This document shows, piece after piece, positions 41,428 to 45,470 of a DNA stretch of 45,470 nt (positions within the stretch are counted from its first letter, which is position 1; each line of letters opens with the position of its first letter). The translations under genes were made by a program, and so were the position numbers. Source of the stretch: Parcubacteria bacterium C7867-002 (GTDB lineage: Bacteria; Patescibacteriota; Minisyncoccia; Phycocordibacterales; PALSA-1337); the NCBI GenBank assembly GCA_001189105.1, contig LFCL01000020.1:1-45470 (forward strand). Reading direction: 5' to 3'. The notes beneath the pieces are model-generated. The model did not search any database, was not told the DNA's origin, and worked only from the letters and a program-made list of their open reading frames with translations.

Positions 41428-42178
41428 GATAAGCATGAAAAACATCGAAAAATATGGCTATATATTTCTTTGTTCTGATGCAACTGAAAGTGAGTGTTTA
41501 GAAAGAAACCTATTAGGTGGTACCACATCGTATCGTAAGAGTGTGGTAGGTCTCCAGAAAGGGGATACGGTTTATCTATATAATTTTAATAGTAAACGGT
41601 TACACGGTCCTTTTATTGCAACAAGCGAAGTAGGTACATTTGTTCCAGAGGCATGGGATGGTGAGTATTCAACACAAGTCTCTTACGATAAAGATCATAC
41701 CTATTTGCCTATTTATCGAGATCAACTCATGTCTATTCTTAGATTTAATAAAAAAGGTTTTCCTATTGCTCGGATATCTTCCGTACAAATTGATCAATTA
41801 GAACAAGTATTTAAGTCGAAAAAACGTCATCACAATTACGATGATAGTGCTGCGCTTGTGACACAGGATGGTCACAAAGTCAGAAGTAAGGGAGAGCAAA
41901 AAATTGATGATTGGTTATTTGCTCATAGGATTAGTCATGGATATGAATATCCTATTCCTGAAACAAAAAGATCTGATTTCTATATCCCAATTGACGATAC
42001 TAATGGGATTTATATCGAATACGTTGGACTTAATAATTCTGAATATCTAAAAAACATGGACGTAAAGCGAGAGATATACAAGAGGCATAATTTGAAATTG
42101 ATAGAGATCTATCCCAAAGATCTGAAGAATCTTGATAATTTTTTACGTGAAAGAATAGCACTCTTTCTGGGTAGGTAA
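41426..42178 (+). CDS. fusion protein: N-terminal DCD/EVE-like PUA-fold domain plus C-terminal PD-(D/E)xK-like nuclease-related module
   Basis: N-terminus: YGYIFLCSDATESECLERNLLGG...GDTVYLYNFNSKRLHGPFIATSE...PEAW. C-terminus: VRSKGEQKIDDWLF...I.HGYEYP....SDFYIP....IYIEYVG...EY......K.EIY......LIEIYP.DL. Confidence 0.65.
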   Translation: MISMKNIEKYGYIFLCSDATESECLERNLLGGTTSYRKSVVGLQKGDTVYLYNFNSKRLHGPFIATSEVGTFVPEAWDGEYSTQVSYDKDHTYLPIYRDQLMSILRFNKKGFPIARISSVQIDQLEQVFKSKKRHHNYDDSAALVTQDGHKVRSKGEQKIDDWLFAHRISHGYEYPIPETKRSDFYIPIDDTNGIYIEYVGLNNSEYLKNMDVKREIYKRHNLKLIEIYPKDLKNLDNFLRERIALFLGR

Positions 42179-43264
42179 TTACAAAAACTTTCTCACTATT
42201 TTAATGAGTTGCTCCGGTATTTTTTCGATGAAGAAGCGGTTTTTCCATTCGGTGAGGGTGACTTCTGTGGCGGAGCCGATATCGGTGGAAAAGTGGGCAG
42301 CGATCTCCTCGGCGAATGTGCGGTTGGTAGTGACGATATTGGCTTCGTAGTTATAGAGCAGACTGACGCTGTCGAAGTTCATGGATCCGACGGCTGCCCA
42401 GTCACCATCAATAACTACGGTTTTACTGTGAACAAGATTGCCTTCATAGAGGAAAATATGGGCACCTGATTCGAGAAGGGTATTGAAATATGATCGTGCA
42501 CCAATATCGAGTGCGGGGTAATGATCTGATTTTTCAGGGAGGAGGATGCGCACATCGACACCGCGGTGTGCAGCAAGCTTGATGACGCGAAGTAAGCGGT
42601 GTGTGGGTACGAAATAGGGCGAAGTGATATAGATGTATTTTCGTGCATCACGGATGGCCGCAACGACGCTGCGATAGAGATGACGTTTGCGAGGGGAAGG
42701 AGAGTTGGTGATATAGGAAAATTCAGGATCGAGAGGTCCTTGGAAAGCAGGTAATGATTGTGTTCGTCCTTGGGCTCTCATCCACATGCGTTCGAATTCA
42801 TAGTGCATTTTGGCAACAACAGGACCTTCGAGACGAACGTTGGTGTCACGCCAGTTCTTCATGGCATCCTGAACACAGATGCTTCCGGTATATCCGATTT
42901 TATTATCTATAATCAGAGCGCGGCGATGATTACGGAGGAACCACGAACGGACACTGGGAACTTTGAAATAACTCGGGATGAGGGTTTTCCAAAAAAGTAA
43001 TTCAATGTTTTGAGTCTTGAGATCCTCGGCAATGCTCGAGCCCCAGAAAGAGAAACTGCCCGCGGCGTCCCAGAGGAAACGAACTTTGACTCCGGCTCGC
43101 GCACGTTCGGCACAGATATCGATGAGGCGTTGGCCAAATTCATCTTTTACAAAAATAAACTGTTCTAAATCGATTGTTTTCGTAGCTTTGGCACAATCGG
43201 CAAGCATCGCTTCCCAAGCTTCTTGATTTGAAGGATACAGTTTCCAGGAGGTTGAGGAGGGCAT
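42179..43264 (-). CDS. phospholipase D superfamily protein, cardiolipin-synthase-like (two HKD motifs, the first degenerate)
   Basis: NHRRALIIDN..GYTGS and VHSKTVVIDGDWAAVGSMNFD. Start at ATG 43264 (TATACT 6 nt upstream); the ORF-track start overlaps smpB. Confidence 0.8.
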   Translation of the reverse strand: MPSSTSWKLYPSNQEAWEAMLADCAKATKTIDLEQFIFVKDEFGQRLIDICAERARAGVKVRFLWDAAGSFSFWGSSIAEDLKTQNIELLFWKTLIPSYFKVPSVRSWFLRNHRRALIIDNKIGYTGSICVQDAMKNWRDTNVRLEGPVVAKMHYEFERMWMRAQGRTQSLPAFQGPLDPEFSYITNSPSPRKRHLYRSVVAAIRDARKYIYITSPYFVPTHRLLRVIKLAAHRGVDVRILLPEKSDHYPALDIGARSYFNTLLESGAHIFLYEGNLVHSKTVVIDGDWAAVGSMNFDSVSLLYNYEANIVTTNRTFAEEIAAHFSTDIGSATEVTLTEWKNRFFIEKIPEQLIKIVRKFL

Positions 43265-43309
43265 AGGAGTAGTATATAAGGAATATATAAATGCGCTAGC
43301 GGTGAAATG

Positions 43310-43318
43310 TGATAGGAT
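43310..43318 (+). promoter_or_regulatory. extended -10 TGATAGGAT, 6 nt upstream of the smpB ATG
   Basis: Same geometry as the other candidate leaderless genes. Confidence 0.45.
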
Positions 43319-43324
43319 ATTTCC

Positions 43325-43771
43325 ATGACTACCCTGGTAGACAATAAAAAGGTTCACTTTAATTATGAAATCGGCGACACATTCGAAGCGGGTGTGGAGC
43401 TTCTTGGACATGAAGTAAAGTCACTCAAGAAGAATCAGGGCTCTCTTGACGGTTCATATATGATTGTACGTGGAGGTGAGGCGTATATGGTGAATACGTT
43501 TATTCCTCCATATCAGGAAAATAACACACCGGATGGGTATGATCCGCGTCGTAACCGTAAGCTTATTTTGAACAAAAAGGAGATCGCCGAGCTTGCTTCT
43601 ATCGAAGGGGATCGGGGTTTGACAATAGTGCCAATTTCGATATATAATAAAGGTAATCTCATCAAGGTCAAACTCGGAGTCGCTCGCGGCAAGAAGAAGT
43701 ATGACAAACGCGAGTCGATTCAAAAACGTGAGGTTGACCGAAATGTGAGAAGGGAGTTTAGGGATAGGTAG
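43325..43771 (+). CDS. smpB: SsrA-binding protein SmpB
   Basis: NKK..FNYEI...FEAG.EL.G.EVKS......SL..SY; R.RKLLL.K.EI; adjacent to ssrA. Confidence 0.95.
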   Translation: MTTLVDNKKVHFNYEIGDTFEAGVELLGHEVKSLKKNQGSLDGSYMIVRGGEAYMVNTFIPPYQENNTPDGYDPRRNRKLILNKKEIAELASIEGDRGLTIVPISIYNKGNLIKVKLGVARGKKKYDKRESIQKREVDRNVRREFRDR

Positions 43772-43919
43772 TTTTGTGTCATTCCTGCCCAGTAGGTGAT
43801 TGTACTCAATCACGAAGGCAGGAATCCAGGGTTAGAACTCGTAAGGAATCTGGTCGAAAATTTCTCGTGACTATGTCACTCGAAATCTTTCGATCCGAAT
43901 TCCCTTAGGAGGGGAATTC

Positions 43920-44285
43920 GGGGATGATCGGTATCGACAATTGCCGTCTCCCGTTCGTGCGGTGCGAGCGCTGCTATCTCGTAAATCTGGCAGAAACCAC
44001 AAATGCTAAAAACACCGTTTCTCCGTATTTCGGAGCCAAGGATTTTGCATTCGCACTCGCTTAAGTAGTGCGCGTTCGTCTAAGGGGATCCATACCTTAG
44101 TTGCGGATGTCATAACCCGGACGTAGGAATAGAGAACTTCTCACTCTGTATTCCGAAACCTAGAGATCGTGAATGTGTGTTTCGTAGACTTTTTCATCGC
44201 ATTCATTAAACATCAATTTCTACTATCACCGTAGAATCGTTCGGCGAGATTCAGTTGCACGTGGGTTCGATTCCCACCATCTCCA
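43920..44285 (+). ncRNA. ssrA: tmRNA (366 nt, one-piece)
   Basis: 5' GGGGAUGAUCGGUAUCGAC. 3' GUGGGUUCGAUUCCCAC-CAUCUCC-A. The acceptor stem has G3-U70. Tag ORF 44005-44064 encodes AKNTVSPYFGAKDFAFALA*. CCA is not fully encoded (ACAA). Confidence 0.92.
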
Positions 44286-44334
44286 CAAATAAAAAAGACC
44301 AGCCTTGCGCTGGGATTTTTTATTTGTGGAGATG
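44278..44334 (+). terminator. long hairpin/terminator that includes the tmRNA 3' acceptor strand
   Basis: catctccacaaataaaaaa (44278-96) pairs perfectly with ttttttatttgtggagatg (44316-34). Inner stem ccagc/gctgg. Confidence 0.7.
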
Positions 44335-44430
44335 AGCGAGCCAACTGCTTGGCTCGCGTCTGGGAATCGAAAAGGTTGAGCCTGTCGCGCGACCCGAAGG
44401 GGAGTACGACGCGAAACCTGTACTGAAGCT

Positions 44431-44460
44431 GTAGGCTTCAATTCCCACCATCTCCACAAA
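44431..44460 (+). repeat. second copy of the tmRNA 3' end (att-like)
   Basis: attcccaccatctccacaaa (44441-60) is identical to 44270-89. Weaker similarity extends ~35 nt upstream. Confidence 0.85.
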
Positions 44461-44461
44461 A

Positions 44462-44490
44462 TTGACAGAATAGTATATTAGTGCTACTGT
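44462..44490 (+). promoter_or_regulatory. candidate promoter
   Basis: TTGACA-N17-TACTGT, with TGC directly upstream of the -10. It starts 2 nt after repeat copy 2. Confidence 0.5.
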
Positions 44491-44561
44491 TTTTAGTAGC
44501 AGTTTTTGAGGTATTCCTGCCTAACCACAGGACGAAGGTGGAACGCCTTCTTTTGAAAAAT

Positions 44562-44816
44562 ATGGAAAAAGTTTCAATCGATAAGTGGCTACAAAAGATG
44601 TTGGCTGAATCAGAAAACAAGCCAATGTCTGCTGCGGTCTACAACTGCATGCGCGCTCTGCTTCATCAGGGTTTGCATATCCCTGAATGCGGGTTATCTG
44701 TTATCGCTGATGCTGCACGACAATTGTGCGAAGCTAAGCAAATAGTGGCAATTAATTGGCTGGGAGTTACAACCCTTTGCGCCAACATCGTTACTCTTTG
44801 CAATCAGAAGGATTGA
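44562..44816 (+). CDS. small hypothetical protein (84 aa) between tmRNA 3'-end copies
   Basis: ATG 44562 (the ORF-track start 44481 is GTG and lies inside the promoter). Terminator downstream. No family recognised. Confidence 0.5.
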   Translation: MEKVSIDKWLQKMLAESENKPMSAAVYNCMRALLHQGLHIPECGLSVIADAARQLCEAKQIVAINWLGVTTLCANIVTLCNQKD

Positions 44817-44824
44817 TTTGGGCT

Positions 44825-44856
44825 CCCCACTTGAAGTTCTACTTCGGTGGGGCTTC
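44825..44856 (+). terminator. hairpin terminator
   Basis: ccccac...gtgggg with inner gaagt/acttc pairing, followed by cttcttgttt. Confidence 0.55.
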
Positions 44857-44983
44857 TTGTTTATATATTCCACTCCCATTATGTGACCTCTTGCACACGA
44901 GATATAAGTCGTTTATTTACTCAAAAGGGAACTCCTCGTCCCCATAATCGCCTCAGACGCTTCAAAAACCCAAGGATATAGTT

Positions 44984-45021
44984 GGTTCCAACTTTGGCTC
45001 ACCAAGTCCACAAATAAAAAA
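44984..45021 (+). repeat. third, degenerate copy of the tmRNA 3' end plus flank
   Basis: tccacaaataaaaaa (45007-21) is identical to 44282-96, preceded by ggttcca...caccaag, which resembles the T-arm and acceptor. Confidence 0.7.
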
Positions 45022-45045
45022 ACCGGCATGAGGCCGGTTTTTTCT
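45016..45045. terminator. bidirectional rho-independent terminator
   Basis: aaaaaaaccggc atgag gccggtttttt. Confidence 0.8.
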
Positions 45046-45060
45046 TCACTATATTAGTTT

Positions 45061-45423
45061 CTACTTCTTCGAAACTTTTTTCGCAACTTTCTTTTTTGGA
45101 GTCGCAACACTCTTGAGAATATTCTTCCATTGACCCTTGAGTGTATCGGCAAACATTTGTAACTCGGCAGGAGCGACTTTGCCTGCGGTGACGTATGAGG
45201 CAAGGACTGAATCTATGATGTTGTGATACGCAGCTTCACTGACTTCTCCGGCTTCTTCGAGACGTTCGACAATTTCACCCTTCATCTTTATCATCCATCC
45301 CGCTGCTTTTTGACGATGAATCTTGCCAGCAGGACCAAAGAAATAATAGGTACTTGCAGCCAAGGCAGCAGCACCAGCTCCCAAGGCCATGAGTTTTGTA
45401 GTGGAAAATTCTTTTTTCTTCAT
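45061..45423 (-). CDS. hypothetical membrane-anchored helical protein with a Lys-rich tail (possibly YtxH-like)
   Basis: N-terminal hydrophobic segment LMALGAGAAALAASTYYFFGPAG, then a helical domain and KKKVAKKVSKK. The family assignment is tentative. Confidence 0.6.
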   Translation of the reverse strand: MKKKEFSTTKLMALGAGAAALAASTYYFFGPAGKIHRQKAAGWMIKMKGEIVERLEEAGEVSEAAYHNIIDSVLASYVTAGKVAPAELQMFADTLKGQWKNILKSVATPKKKVAKKVSKK

Positions 45424-45470
45424 AGAGGTTAGTAGGTTATTCGTTCTGATAATTATCGCCCTTTCTAGTA

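Noticed and set aside
43265-43411. Extended start of the PLD gene (ORF-track 43411) overlapping smpB.
   Set aside because: The extension overlaps the smpB coding region and promoter. ATG 43264 has a TATACT element 6 nt upstream, and the conserved Cls-like sequence begins after it.
44328-44457. A possible tRNA-like gene: ggagatg at 44328 is complementary to catctcc at 44449-55, with a T-arm-like gtaggcttcaattcccac.
   Set aside because: At 129 nt it is far too long for a tRNA, and the internal helices do not form a cloverleaf. The 5' ggagatg is already explained as the 3' arm of the tmRNA terminator hairpin, and the 3' part is explained as an att-like duplicate.
1-45470. CRISPR arrays, rRNA or tRNA genes, transposases or integrases, and an alternative genetic code.
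   Set aside because: No regularly spaced short repeats, no tRNA cloverleaf candidates and no recombinase-like ORFs were seen. Conserved genes terminate at TGA, TAA or TAG without in-frame stops (for example rpsQ ends in TGA), so code 11 applies.

Overview
This 45.5-kb window is from a small-genome bacterium that uses the standard genetic code (TGA acts as a stop). It is probably a CPR/Patescibacteria-like lineage: there is no rpmD between rpsE and rplO, ribosomal genes lack Shine-Dalgarno sequences, and many ribosomal proteins carry low-complexity tails. The backbone is the str/S10/spc ribosomal superoperon (rpsL-rpsG-fusA, tuf-rpsJ-rplCDWB, rpsS to rplE, rpsN to rplO-secY-adk-map). It is broken in three places by accessory blocks, each bounded by a terminator and a new promoter. 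Block 1 is a 899-aa secreted multidomain protein. Block 2 is a four-gene block containing an orphan histidine kinase. Block 3 is a ~12.5-kb block carrying an ECF sigma/anti-sigma/DUF45 operon, an ABC-F ATPase, three tandem membrane-tethered wHTH paralogs, an EVE-domain gene next to a Pif1-like helicase, and a frameshifted Clp_N gene. Downstream lie ndk, a beta-CASP MBL nuclease, infC-rpmI-rplT, a DCD/EVE-like domain fused to a nuclease-like module, a PLD/cardiolipin-synthase-like gene and smpB-ssrA. The most interesting items are: the two PUA-like (EVE, DCD) reader genes in helicase and nuclease contexts; a 150-nt near-perfect nested palindrome right after map; an unclassified structured RNA at ~38.3 kb; three copies of the tmRNA 3' end (att-like scars); a 26-bp direct repeat bracketing a single gene; and a recurrent TGnTAnnnT-N6-8-ATG geometry that suggests leaderless mRNAs. 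No CRISPR array, rRNA, tRNA, transposase or integrase was seen. All family calls come from motif recognition by eye, not from searches.
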